From the NCBI RefSeq assembly GCF_036321535.1, contig NC_087436.1, positions 49,168,001 through 49,232,000 of the forward strand: DNA of 64,000 nt, in the 5' to 3' direction. Each line of letters opens with the position of its first letter. Position 1 is the stretch's first letter. Source of the DNA: Camelus dromedarius. Taxonomy: Eukaryota. The position numbers were made by a program, and so were the translations under genes. The notes under the pieces were generated by a model that was not told the DNA's origin, ran no database searches, and saw only the letters and a program-made list of their open reading frames with translations. Of the stretch, positions 1 through 12,202 are shown in pieces.

Positions 1-920
1 AGGAGTTAAATAGCTGATATGTATCATGAACCCATCATTTTCAAATTTAAATGTTGGTCTCTCTTTTGGCATATGTTAATATGATAAAGATATAAAAAGA
101 AAAAATTTACCCCTAAACTTTAATAGTTAATATCTCTGAGTCTTAGACTTACCTGTGATGTTTGTTTTCTTCTGTGTAAGGCTTCGTACATTGTGAATAT
201 GCTCTTACTAACCAAGAAAAATATTTGAAGAATAAAGAAATAAAAACATCCTAGGAATAATTTTTAAAATAGTTGTAGTGATGAATGTTTTAGCTTGAGT
301 AGTTTGTCCATTTCTTTTCTGTAATACTTTTTAGGTTCATGAGAAGCTGCTCAATTATTCTATTTTCTATATCATACGAAATTTTCTCCCCCTGAAATGT
401 TTGACAGCTCCAGCAGAAGCAGCTGCTAATTTTAAGCAATAAATCCAAACAGCTGACTTTCCAACAGACTTTGTAATAGGTGTCCTGCACAATAAAGAGC
501 ATAACAGTTTCAAAGAATATGCAAGTGATTCTGTTTTATAGTCTGTTTAGAAAAATAAAGCCATCAAGTCCCAAAAGCCTAATCTCAATGAGTATAATTT
601 TTATGTTGTAGTGTTACTTTCACACCCAGGTTTATTTAAGTCCTACTGTCCTCAGAACCAACCATGGTTAAGCATTTTCTCTGTGCTAGGAAGCTGAATA
701 GGATTTTCTTGGTTTTTTGTTTGTTTTTGTTTGTTTGTTTGTTTTTGAAGTACTTGGAAAATCTCAAAGATGTTCCACATACAATTTGTACAGAAATCTT
801 TATTTACATAGTTACAACATCCTTTTGTATGGTAGAAAATAAAACAAAGCATATTTGATTAGCCTTTTTCTTAAAGAATAGAAGGAAAAATAGCTTTAAT
901 CCATTTATGATTCAGGGCAA

Positions 921-1245
921 TGTTTTAGCCAGCATTCTTCAGAGAAACAATTAATAGAAGATATATTTGAAGAGATTGTTAGCTTAGTGATTCCAAAATC
1001 TGCAGAATAGGTCGGCAGGCTGGAGACCCAAAAAAAGCCAGTGATGCAAAGGCAGTCCAAAGGCAGTCTGTTGGAGAATTCCTTCTTGCTTATTGAGACT
1101 GGTCTTTTTGTTCTATTCAGCCCTTCAACTGATTGAGTGTGGCCCACCCATATTGTGGAGGGCAACCTGCTTTACCAATAGTTTGCCAATGTAAGTGTTA
1201 GTCTTAGCCAAAACCATCCTCCAGATTGACACATTAACTATTATG
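921..1245 (-). mobile_element. MLT2-type (ERVL) solo LTR
   Basis: Contains ggagaattccttcttgct, ttcaactgattgagtgtggcccacccatatt and gagggcaacctgcttta, resembling the reverse-complemented MLT2 consensus. Confidence 0.8.
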
Positions 1246-1399
1246 GAGGATATTTTAGTATTGCTAAAATTTAAATTTTCCTGCTGAGTTATTCTTATTC
1301 AGTACTGACCTTAGACCTAAGCAAGGAGGGTGCTGCTTTTGGTCCTTCTTTTTGACCCTCATCCAGTCATTCCCTCCCCACAGGGCAAGACAAAGGAAC

Positions 1400-1930
1400 C
1401 AAAGCTGTGTGTTGAGCCCCCAGTCCTAGACAACCTTTTAACTACTCCAGTCCCTGAAATTCCTTACCCAGACAGCTGCAAGCCTGTTTCCAGGGCCTGT
1501 GCGGAATTCTCCCCAAGTCCATGCTCATGATTAGGTGGACCCTGTGCTCACCATGACTCCTGCAGGGGCCTGTGGTGGCTGTTTGGACATAAGGCATGCA
1601 TAGATGTGTGAGCTAGAAACTTCTGCCCTTGTGCAGGTGAAGCCCTCAACACAGATGGAGCCTGGGGTAGCAGGAGAAGTGGGGCAGGATGAGGGCCATG
1701 TGCCTCTTCTTACTTTGCCATGTTCTGGCAGTCTCTGAGGTGTCCAGAATGCTAAATGAGAGCTTTGAAGTCAATACAAAGGTGTGTTTATCCAGATAGT
1801 AGAATGGACCACTTTATATATTCTATCCATCACTTTGTTAGCTTGATTTATAACTTTTTAATACTTTGTATATGGTATATGGGTCTCCACTTGTACATTT
1901 GCCCCAGACCTCAAATATCAAAGGCAGATT
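1400..1930 (-). mobile_element. Ancient hAT-Tip100 DNA transposon fossil (MER115-like)
   Basis: tttgttagcttgatttataactttt...tatggtatatgggtctccacttgtacatttgcccc resembles a Tip100-type terminal region; left boundary uncertain. Confidence 0.55.
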
Positions 1931-2009
1931 TTTGCTACTGAGGCAGAGCAGATTCAGAGAATTAGGAGTTGATTATTAATTTTGAAATCTGAAAAGTATG
2001 CTTTAAAAC

Positions 2010-2185
2010 CAGGGTGGCAGTTACTACTCGGGGAGAAGAGGTTATGATTGGGGATGTGCCTGGCATGTTCCATTTCTTGACTTGGGAGGTGGTTACATAA
2101 ATGTTTAGTCTATTATTCTTGGGCTGTGTACATTCTTTTCTATGGAAAATGGATCTCCCAATAAAATGTTAAAAAAAAAAGTTTA
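2010..2185 (+). mobile_element. Old L1 (L1MC/ME-like) 3' end
   Basis: atttcttgacttgggaggtggttaca 3'UTR motif followed by aataaa and an A tail. Confidence 0.65.
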
Positions 2186-2721
2186 AAAATGTATTGTTCT
2201 TACTTAGGAAAAAAATCTTGTATCAGAAAATCCTTTCTTTCAAACTTGTCTACCATAGATTATATCTATCCTAAGAATCTTGGCCCAGTCATCAAAAGAA
2301 ACAGAAAAATTAAACACCCTAGAAGACAGCTAAATAAATTATATAATTGTGTGTGTGTGTGTGTGCGCACACACGTGCACTTAGCTATGAATGTGTGTTG
2401 GGTGTTTGTTCTCAAGATCTTAGCCAAAGAAGCAACTGAAAGAAAACCTCTGTCTTCACATTCACAGTAGTTCCCATGGGTTAATGAGAGAAAATATTTT
2501 CAAGAATGCTTTTTTTTTTTTAATTTGACTCCAAGCCTGTGGTTTGTTTATCTGAAAAATGGGCAAGAATAATAAAAGGCGAAGAAGAGTATTCACTTTT
2601 TTCAGGTTGGAGAGCCATTGGGTCTAAACTTTGTTCTGTAATTTCATGGAAAAAACCATTCTGGGTATAGTTTACCCATCTAAACATTCATTATAACAGA
2701 GACTCAATTCTTATCTTTCAG

Positions 2722-2758
2722 GCATCATTTTCACCGAATAAAGGAAGTAATGAAGAAG
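2722..2758 (+). CDS. Probable 37-nt internal coding exon of an unidentified gene
   Basis: Acceptor ttcttatctttcag| and donor AAG|gtatgg. Open in two frames (HHFHRIKEVMKK or ASFSPNKGSNEE), each of which continues into the exon at 3975. Non-repetitive sequence. Confidence 0.55.
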
Positions 2759-2858
2759 GTATGGTATATGGCTAGAGGAGCTGGATATGTAAATTTATTA
2801 TTTACAGTAGTGGAGACCACAAAAAATATAACAGATTAATTTTAAAATTATATAAATT

Positions 2859-3012
2859 GGGGGAGGATATAGTCAAGTGGCAGAGCACACGTACTTAGCA
2901 TCCTTGAGGTCCTGGATTCAATCCCCAGTACCTCTTCTAAAAATAAAATAAAACCTAATTGCCTCCCCCTACAAATTTAAAATAAAGTGATACAATAATA
3001 AATAAATGTTTT
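2859..3012 (+). mobile_element. Camelid tRNA-derived SINE (Vic-1-like)
   Basis: ggggaggatatagtcaagtgg (A box), ggattcaatcccc (B box), aaacctaattgcctcccc extension and A-rich tail; TSD aaaattat(a/g)taaat. Confidence 0.9.
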
Positions 3013-3974
3013 TTAAAATTATGTAAATGAAGTAAAAGTTTTTTAAATAGTCATCAAAATTTTCAAATGAAATCAGTTATTTCCTAATTTCAGAAAATAA
3101 GGAACACGTTTATTACTTTTAAGCTAGGAAGTAGTTTGTGTAGTGACTTTGGGTGAGGTACTGAGATTCCAGGTAGTTCTGATAAATTTCAAAAGACTTC
3201 AGATGTCTGAATATGGGAGATTTTCTGTGTTACCTCTCATCATTTCAATGACTCACTCATTTTAACTGAAGACCTTATAATCAAAATTTATAGTAGTATT
3301 GAAAATATCATTTTTAATTACCATTATTTGAAGCTGTTTCGAGAAACAAGTAAAAATGTTCTGTGGTAAAAATTTCTAAATACAGGCATATGCGCATATC
3401 ATTTGTCTTAAAGAATATTGCAAGACTTTTGGTTTAAATATAAAACATTAGAATACTCAATGTGTAAGTTTGGAGGAAAAATGAGAACTGTTTGCTGTGA
3501 GTCAAATTCTAAAATGTTTAGAAAGGAGCAGATCTATAGATATGATTTCATGGGAAAGCAAGCTGTATTCCTTATATGGGAAACTAACATCGTTCCTTTG
3601 CAATACTATCCCATTTTGGTATTTGATAGGCGGTCAAATTTTGCAGTACGGTTTCCCTGGACATTTCATACTATAGCTAGGGCACTAACTTCAGTATTAT
3701 TCAATAAAGACTAAAATGACCCAGAAAGATGTAGGAAATGAAGTGGGAAGGCTCTAGAAATTTTAACGTAGTTTTATTACAAAGCCTGAGGCCAAATGAA
3801 AGAATGTTGGACAGGAGTTTAAAGGTGAGTAGCTTTAAGTAGAGAAATGCGTCCTGCTAAATTCTGATTGTTTTTATCTGCCTAAGTGCTTCCTAAAGGT
3901 CTAAGTTAAATGTGTCTCATGCTGTCTCCCTCCCTCTTCACCCCTTCCCTAACACTCTGCTTCCTCTGTTTTAG

Positions 3975-4022
3975 ACACAGATCAGGTATGGCACTTCCTT
4001 GGCAAGTGATTGGAACATTTGA
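3975..4022 (+). CDS. Coding part of a probable terminal exon of the same unidentified gene
   Basis: Branch point CCCTAAC (3947-3953), long pyrimidine tract and ttag| acceptor. Reads TQIRYGTSLASDWNI* (stop 4020-4022) or (D)TDQVWHFLGK* (stop 4007-4009), depending on the upstream frame. Confidence 0.55.
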   Translation, partial: TQIRYGTSLASDWNI

Positions 4023-4156
4023 AGTTCTGCCATTAGGATTCCAATCTCCAAGAACTCCAAGGCTCCATCTCCCCCAAGTGCTAGAAACAGGCATATCTCT
4101 GAGAATTTGCTAACTTCTTGTTGAAACTTTTTTTTCAAACGTTTTGGGATATGGGA

Positions 4157-4195
4157 TGTATAAATAAACATTGAAATTTTTGAATTAGTCTTCTT
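4157..4195 (+). terminator. Probable polyadenylation signal
   Basis: TGTA (4157-4160), AATAAA (4163-4168) and a T-rich downstream stretch, ~140-155 nt after the candidate stop codons. Confidence 0.5.
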
Positions 4196-4559
4196 TGGAT
4201 ATTTATTGACATGAAAAGAAGATTTTGTTGAATTTCATAGCAGAAATTTAGAAGCATGGAGTGTTGACTGGTTCTAATTTCCATGGCTGAAGGAACCCAA
4301 TGATTTTATTAGCTTTTATTTCTATGGGTTAATGTAAAAGTGGTTAATTTAGTAAGTTAGTAAGATGTTTGTAGATATTACTGTTCTCATTTTCATACCA
4401 TATTATCTCTTTCCAAGTCCACTGCTGCTGGAGACTTCATTTAGCCAACCTCAGTCCTCTTCTCAGTCCTGTGTAAATGTGTTTACATTTATTCAGGCTC
4501 TTTCCTGTCATTTATTTTGGGGGTCCTAAACTCCATTTGATTCTTGAGTCCTCTTAATT

Positions 4560-5150
4560 TTACTTCTCATCTCTATGGTGATGGCTCCCAAATCTACGTA
4601 AGAAGCTCAGGTTTCTCTTCTGGGATCTGTCTATTGGACAGCTGTTTAAATGCCTTTGATCCCTCTTGTCCAAAACTGAATTCATTATCTTCCCTTGTTC
4701 TTGGACAATGGAATTAACATTCTCCTAGCCCCCTACGCAGGCCCTTGAAATCATACTGAACCTCTGTTCTCCTGTCTTTACTCAGGAAGATCATCTAAAT
4801 ATTTCTCTGTCCTCTCTGTTCTTGACACCTGTGCGGTGCTGGTTTTCCCCCTTACTTCTCTGGGACTCTCATGACAGCCTCCGAGCCCTCCTCTTTGCTT
4901 CCCAGCTCCTGCTGCCTGCCTCATTCTGTTGCTCTGGCTCAATTTCATGCCTCTTGTCTCCTAGCCAAGTTGCTGCCCTGCCTCTGGCTTTTCTTCCTCC
5001 ATATCATCCTCTGTATTTCCAAACAGTTATTTTCTTAAAGCATAGATGTTGCCTTGTCATGTTTTTCTCAAAATGCCTTCAATGGCTTTTCATAGTTTTG
5101 AGAATAAAAATCAGACCCTGTGATTTCCACATGTCATATTACTCCTCTCC
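4560..5150 (+). mobile_element. L2 fragments
   Basis: gatggctcccaaatcta, ccaaaactgaattcattatcttccc and ccttcaatggcttt...agaataaaaatca are L2-like motifs. Confidence 0.65.
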
Positions 5151-5287
5151 AAGCATATCTTGTATGTTTCAGACTCCGGTGCTGTTCTACTGCTAGTCTG
5201 TTCCTATATTTTTCTCCCCTTTTATTTCTATTATTATGAACACATTGCATTTACAGTTATATTTTGTGGTTTATGAAGCACTGCTAT

Positions 5288-5580
5288 AATAATAGCTACC
5301 ATTTCTTGAGCATCTGTTGTACACTGGGTGCTGTTTTAGATGTCATGTATGTATATACCCTATAAGGTAGAGACTGCCCACTTCACATTGAAGTTCCAAG
5401 AACCTCTATAATTTGCCCAAGGGCACAGAGCTACTGAGTTTCAGAGCCAGAATTTCACCCTGCTATGCATACTGCTTCCCCCTTCAGCCACCTTGTGATA
5501 TAGGCAAAGCTCAGAGCTTGCCTGATTTACAGATGAGGAAACAGGCACAGAGTTTAAGTGATTAGCCCAAGCGAAATAGT
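5288..5580 (-). mobile_element. MIR fragments
   Basis: aatagctaccatttcttgagc, ttgcccaagggcacagagct and ttacagatgaggaaacaggcacaga MIR core motifs. Confidence 0.75.
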
Positions 5581-5756
5581 AATACTCAGTTGAGAAGTCT
5601 CTGGGAAAGTCTGAGCCTCTTTGAGGGACATCAAAGAATGTTAAGGAGAGAATCTGTTTTTAATTTCAGGTGTTGGTGGCTTGATGTAAGTTATGAAAAA
5701 TAATAAAACTTAGTGAAAGATATAAAATAAAATGGAGAACAACCATTGTTTCAGTA

Positions 5757-5983
5757 CAGTTGACCCTTCAACAACATGGGTTTGAGCTGCGCAGGTCCAC
5801 TTACGTGCAGATTTTTTTTCATAGTAAATGCCGCATGATCTGCACTACTCAGTTTGATCCAGGGATGCCAAGCGCAGATACAGAGGAACCACATATACAG
5901 AGTGGGACAACTCTAAGTTATACACAGATTTTTGACTGCAGGGAGGGTCAGCTCACCTAACCCCATTGTTCAAGGGTTAACTG
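5757..5983. mobile_element. Tigger2-family MITE (MER8-like)
   Basis: Terminal inverted repeats CAGTTGACCCTTCAACAA ... TTGTTCAAGGGTTAACTG, TA on the left flank, 227 bp. Confidence 0.85.
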
Positions 5984-6996
5984 TGGTTGTAAATATTAAG
6001 CTGAATTATCAAAGAATAGATTAATGGTTTATGGCGTGTGGCATATTAGTCTCCTGAGAGTTGGCAGAGAGAAGCCATGTCTGCTGGGTGTCTTGTGGCG
6101 CAATTCACACCTCGTAGTCGGCTCCCCTCCTCCCAGCAGTCAGTGGTGCTCAGATGCTGCCCCGTTAGTGAGCTTTGCTCACTACAGCACAGGTAATCCC
6201 AGCTGACTCCATAGTATATGATCTTACATAGTTATAATCCTAAATATGTGACTCTGAACTTAAACTTTTATTATAAGCATCTTTCTACATTGTTCCATAG
6301 TCATCATTATTATGATGCTGACAGTTACATTTCAGTGAGTGGCTATTTCATGATTGTTTCAGAATATCTTCTGGACTAGCTAATCTGATCTTCGCCACCC
6401 CATTCCCACAGAATGGTTAACTTGAATAGATTTTATCCTACCTACTTATAGAGGAAAAATCGTGCGAAAAAATAGAATGAATCATTGTTAAAAGTGCCTC
6501 AAACAAATTAGGAAGCCAAAAATGACCCATGGATGGAATTTTAGGCAAACACCACAGCCAGTTTCCATGGAAATGAAAAATCAAAGAGGTGGGCTGTTGA
6601 AGATCGGTTTTTCTCAAGCTTGCTATTATTTTACTCTGAAATTTTTATGAACTTTTCTTTATTTTTCACAGTCATTTCATACATGATACATTTAGTATCA
6701 CTCCATTATTCTACAGAAGGAGCACACTGGATTTCATAAAATCCAGTCCTCCATCGAGGACTGCATGCATGTTTCACAGTTAGTATACTCACTAATAGCA
6801 ACATTTGATGATTTATCCCCAGAAGGGGTTCATTGCCTCGTCATAGGTCAAGAGTCTCAGGTGACTGCTGATTTACCTCTGTCCCTGATTAATGCTGTCT
6901 TTCTATTCAGTGGATCTCATCCTCAAGTTCTGGGTCAGGGTCTGTTCTTTTCATCCTTTTTTCTATATTCTGTCCAAGGTATAGATGAGTGTTTGC

Positions 6997-7165
6997 CAGT
7001 GGGGTCGATGAAGCACCTGCTCCAGAATCACTTGAATGCTTCTTAAAGTACAGATTTCTCCCTTTCCCTAAAATCTGCTAAATCAGAATTTCTGGGAGAC
7101 GAGGCCACAGACTTGTTTTCCCTGCCACTCCCGTGGGGCCTTTAAAATTTTAAACCCATTGGTTT
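6997..7165. mobile_element. MER5-like hAT-Charlie fossil
   Basis: cagaatcacttgaatgcttcttaaagtacagatt...ctaaatcagaatttctggg. Confidence 0.6.
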
Positions 7166-8273
7166 AGATAATCAAGGGTTACATCATATTGAGAATTTCT
7201 CCATGTTAATGTTCTGTTTGAGGTTCTCTACTCTTAAAAAGGAGAAAGAAATCTAGATGTCTGCCTTTGTAATGGACTCATACAGAGAATATTATCACTG
7301 CCTCATGTTAGAAAAAAATGAAAAGGAATAAAAATTATGTAAAAATAATACTAAGTTTAGTATTAAATTTCAAAAGTGTTTTGGGTTTCAAGTCTGAAAA
7401 ATTTATACCTGATGAGAATCACTTTTGATTTCTAAGTTATCAGACATTAGATTAAGTGAGCCCATTATAATTGGCCACCGAGCCCCACACCTGGCTTCTG
7501 TCTTCCTAAGGCACCATGAGAGAGAGGCATGTGCTTCTGTTGCAACAGCCCTGAGGAGTCGAAACAGGTAAGTGATGCAGGCAGAAGTGGAGCGAAACTT
7601 GGGCTGTTGACTCCAGGACCACCTGAAGCCCTGTCCACTGTATCTCATTGCTTCTTGAGCTCTTTCTTATCCTCCAAGTTCAGCTCAAATGCTGCCTTTT
7701 CTGTGAAACCTTCCCCACCCTTCACGTTGAAATCAATCACTTTCTCCTCTGAGAAAGCGTAGCAGTATTGATTTATTCCCCCATTACAGGATTTTGGTCA
7801 CTGTAGCTGATATTAGCGTTGTTCACATTGCCTCTGCTGCTGGATTATAAACGCACTGAGAGCACAGGTTGTGTCAAGACAATTTTAGCCTTATTGTTTT
7901 ACACATTAACAATTCATGCTTGTTGTATTAAATTGCTACAACATCCTGTAAGGAAGACAGATATTTTTTCCATTTTACTTATTATATTATGTTTAGAGGT
8001 TAAGTGGATTCCTGGAAATCACCGGCCTCCTGCATCTGAAGTCAGTGTTCTGTTTCTGCAGCGGAAAGCATTTTGAGGGTGTCTCTGCTCTGTTCCAAGG
8101 CCATATAAGATCTTTGAAATATAAAAATCTCTTCCTTTTAAGGATCTCTGAAAGAGGAGATTTAACATATCTAACCTAAATACCGGTGCCTTTAACTTTA
8201 TTTTTGAAGTATATGGACCTGATCACTGTACTCAGAAAACTCCTCACAAATCTGTAAAGCATAAAATTAAGCA

Positions 8274-8278
<5 letters not shown>

Positions 8279-8323
<45 letters not shown>

Positions 8324-8330
8324 TTTTTTT
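8279..8330. repeat. (TC)n microsatellite followed by poly-T
   Basis: Seen directly in the sequence. Confidence 0.95.
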
Positions 8331-11300
8331 GCAAGCTGCATAATTCTTGCCTCTGAAAATTCTACTCATTGATACTTTTCTTGAAATCCTTTCTATTTTA
8401 TTGTTTTTGGGGTGGTGGTTGTTTGCTATAGAGCCCTCAAATGAATTCAGCAACCATCTTTCTAGTGTCAAAAGAAAAGAAAAAACCCTGATACTTCACT
8501 TTTTATGCAGTCCATATACTTTTTAATGCCGCCTAGAATATTATCTTATGCTTTCTGAAACAATGATTAGTGTTACTTGTTTTTGTTTTCCCAAGTGAAT
8601 AAGTGATATCCAGAATGTAAGACTCTCTGGGAAGGGTCTTATCTACTATTAGTATTTAAGGCATTTGAGGGTTCTACACAAGATTCCTCTAATGCCCCAG
8701 GGAAGAAAAGTTCAGCTGGCTTAAAAACAGTACCGTAATTGTGAAAATGCTAAGGCTGATCATCACATGTTTACTGCTGCTTTTTTATGGAGTATGAGGC
8801 AAAAATAAACACGGAATACTTCAAAATAAAAATAGACTCAAGGCTCAAAGGCCAAAATTCTTGTCCCAGAGTGGCTTCTTACATGGGGTTTGGTATAATT
8901 ATTGATAATAATTTCCATGTTTGAAACTTGACCTCCCGAACCTGAAAGCAGAGGTAACATATTTTGATTTTCAGAACAGAAACACTACAAGATCAAAAGC
9001 CTGAATAATCTCAAGTGGCAGAACAAGTAAGATGAATATGTAGTGAGAAATTAGAGAAGCACAATCCATGTGGCTCTGATATAAATAGTTCAGTTGATAA
9101 ACTCTCATTAAAAAAAAAAAACAACTTCTAACTCCACTTTAAACTCCACTGTATTTCAGGGAATATTTTCTCACGGAAAAGTTAGTTTTCCCTTCCCTTC
9201 CCACAATATTAAATGTCACTCTCTGATTTCTCCTTTCCCTTCGTATTTAAGAACAATTTAAAACTAATTTACTCATGAAGATGTTAGAAGTTCTTGGTAG
9301 GCTTTCAGACCATAATTTGACTTTACCAGTATCCACCCCAGCCTCGACCTTTCTGCCCCTCAAAAGAAGTCCTACAAATGTAACTTACAGTAGAATGAGT
9401 GCTGTAGGCTATACCCAGCCACTTACAAGCAGATTTTATGTAATGCACAAATGTGCTGAAGGCTCCGTAGGTAGAGTCTATAGGTTGCCTCTCTGCATCT
9501 GAAGGAAGATTTAGAAGATAGAACAGTTTGAACTGGAAAGAGTCTTGCGTGTAAATTGAGGCCAGTAGGGCCCAGAGAGGTTAATTGCTAAAGCCACCCA
9601 GCTACCCAGTAAGGGAGTCTGACCTGAAACTAGATCATCTGAATCCAAGCCCGTTGTTTTGGATTTGCTTGTGTGTTCTGTCAAGCTTTTCTGTGTACTT
9701 TGCAGTCTTTAAAGGAGAAAGGTAACTGTTGGCCCCTTCCTACCATATGTGTTTAAAAATAATTGCATTGTCATGACTTGTGGAAATGAACATATGCATC
9801 ATTTTTGCCATTCTTTGCTGTAAGTTTTTTCCCAACTAATAGATATTTTAAATGGTTGTGGTTATGAGACAATACAGCATTCTTTATATGGAGATTTGTT
9901 TTTTGTAACAGAACTTACTGGTAGGCTCTCCAGCCATAATTTGATTTTTAACCACTGCTCAACCTGATCATATTTCTTGTGAATGTGACTATGAATTAAA
10001 GGTCAAATGTCAGTCCTCTAATTCAATGTATGGCTTAACATTTTAAATTTAAAAATAGTACTTGTGATATAACGAATTTGGGGGCAAAATTATGTTTTCT
10101 TTCTGTGTGTGAGTCTAACGATAATGCTTTTTCCTCATTTTTGGTGCATTTCCAGTTTGTGGCACCCAGTATGCCATGCTGGGGACAAGAAAGAGATGAA
10201 TGCAAATCTGTGGCGATTTTCCCCTTAACACTTACATTGGGCAATGAAAGTGTGGCTCAGTCTTAAGTTTTGGACGGTGTGTTAGTATGTCGAAAAAGGG
10301 GGAGGAACGCAAACCAACCAGGCTATTAAAAATACTGTCTTTGGACTAGCATCTGTTTGGGTGGATGTTTTCCCATGGTGTAAAACAGGAAGTGCAACAA
10401 ATGAGGTTGGCCACTCCTTAGTGCTTTTCTTCCAGTGTGCACTGAATGAAAGATTTAAAACAGAGACGGCATTCCAGAGAAAACAGGTGGTATGAGAGCT
10501 GGAATCCATGTTGGCCAAATGCACGATGGCACAAATTCACCCTCTCTAAGCAATTGTCCACCCCATGAAAGCTGTTTGCAATTTATTACAAGGAACGTAT
10601 TATGTGAGGAGTGTTAACAGTTGGCCTCAGGGTTGGACGCTTGGGGGTACTGTGCCACAGGATTATTTGCTGATACCTACATGTGCATCCATTTTATAAT
10701 GTAATTTTGAGTAAGATCATACTTTTTTCCTGGAGAGAGGAGGTACTTTTTACATGCAGATGCATTTGGCTTCCTCCCCTCTTTGCCTTCCCTCAGAGGG
10801 ACGATCTAACCGGCAAACATGATTATACCTGACATTTTGTGTGCACATCCATAAGTATGGTATACGGTGGTGCCTCTTGGAGGAAAAATAAAAGGGAGAA
10901 ACAATGAGTCTTTATTTTCTTCACAAATGGAAATTTGACAATTGCTTCATATAGGACATGGATCTTTGATGACAGGATCAGTGTCAAAATTCTGGTCCCA
11001 GGAAAATAGTTCACAAAGACAATTATCTTCCTGTAATTTGTGAAAATGGGAGTACAACTTCAGGTAGAAGGAAATAATGTTACCATCTGGTAGCTTTTTC
11101 ACTATTCACAGAGAATACGGTCATTAATTGCCAAAGTTGTGACAGCATCAGAAGAAAGGGTCATTCATTTTCACTTCTTTATGACAACTGATCATTAATA
11201 GACTATCTGGCAGCCTGATTTGTGTGCACTTTGGGATTGATTAATCAATTAATTAATTTCAGATCATAAAGAGATTGTCCCCTACTCTTCTTATTAATCT

Positions 11301-11394
11301 TATGAACTAATACACTATTTTTACATTTGGAAATTAAATTGTCAGTGTGCAGTATTTAGGCAAAAGTATATTATATCAAGAAATTGGCGGCAGA

Positions 11395-11460
11395 AAGCAC
11401 GTGAGCTGAGTGTGGTGGGAAGTCACGCTGAGTCACATGAGATAATGATCACGAGATCAC
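11395..11460. promoter_or_regulatory. Candidate enhancer motif cluster
   Basis: CACGTG 11398-11403, TGTGGT 11411-11416, GCTGAGTCAC 11427-11436, CACATG 11434-11439 and AGATAA 11440-11445, in repeat-free DNA. Confidence 0.4.
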
Positions 11461-11749
11461 CCTTTGAACTCAGATGTCCCGTGACTATGTTGGGAGTGCA
11501 CTCGCTCCCACTTCCCAAGTATTGGAGCATTAAAGGGAAAAAATAGCCTCAGAGCTGCATTTGCCTCTCTATTCCTAGTGTAGGACCCTGGGAGCTGTCC
11601 ACTAGAAACACTAAGAAGGAACAAAATAGCCTGTTGTCTGACTCACAGTAAAGTTAAACAGTTACCAAAATAATTTTCTCTGAAGAGTTAAAAATACATG
11701 ATTACATTCACATGATGGGGGTAAATGGGTTTTTTGACTTCTGTTCCTT

Positions 11750-12202
11750 TATTAATCTATCTGCATAATAGATTATCAACACAATTTAACCGAGTAAACA
11801 AACATGCATTATCTCATGATTTCTTTGAATCAGGAATCCAGGCAGGGCTTAGCTGGGTTCTCTACTTCAAGGACATTTCAAGACGTGACTGGGGGAGGAT
11901 TTGATTCCAAGCTTTCACAGTTATTGGGAAGATTCGGTTTCTTGCTGCCTACTGGCCTGAGGCCTCTCCAACGTGGCAGCTTGCGTCACCAAAGAGCACA
12001 AGCCAAGAAGGAAATCTCCCAGATGGCAGTCACAGTCTTCTGTAAGCTAATCATGGAAGTGACATCACATCGTCACGCTGTAGCCTATTGGCTAGAAGTA
12101 AGTCACCAGGTTCAGCCTACACTTGAGGGGAGGGATTAAATGTGAGTGGATACCAGGAGGCAAGGATCATTGGGCACCATTTTAAAGCCTGCCTACAACA
12201 CA
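11750..12202 (-). mobile_element. MLT1 (MaLR) solo LTR, E/F-like
   Basis: caggaatccaggcagggcttagctggg, ctattggctagaagtaagtcac and ataccaggaggcaaggatcattggg...gcctacaaca. Confidence 0.85.

Noticed and set aside
335..480. Possible exon after a ttttttag or ttgacag acceptor
   Set aside because: The frames examined hit stops, and there is no convincing donor to link to the 2722 exon.
2859..2935. tRNA-like A/B-box sequences (8 copies)
   Set aside because: They have A-rich tails and TSDs and are diverged, so they are SINE heads rather than tRNA genes.
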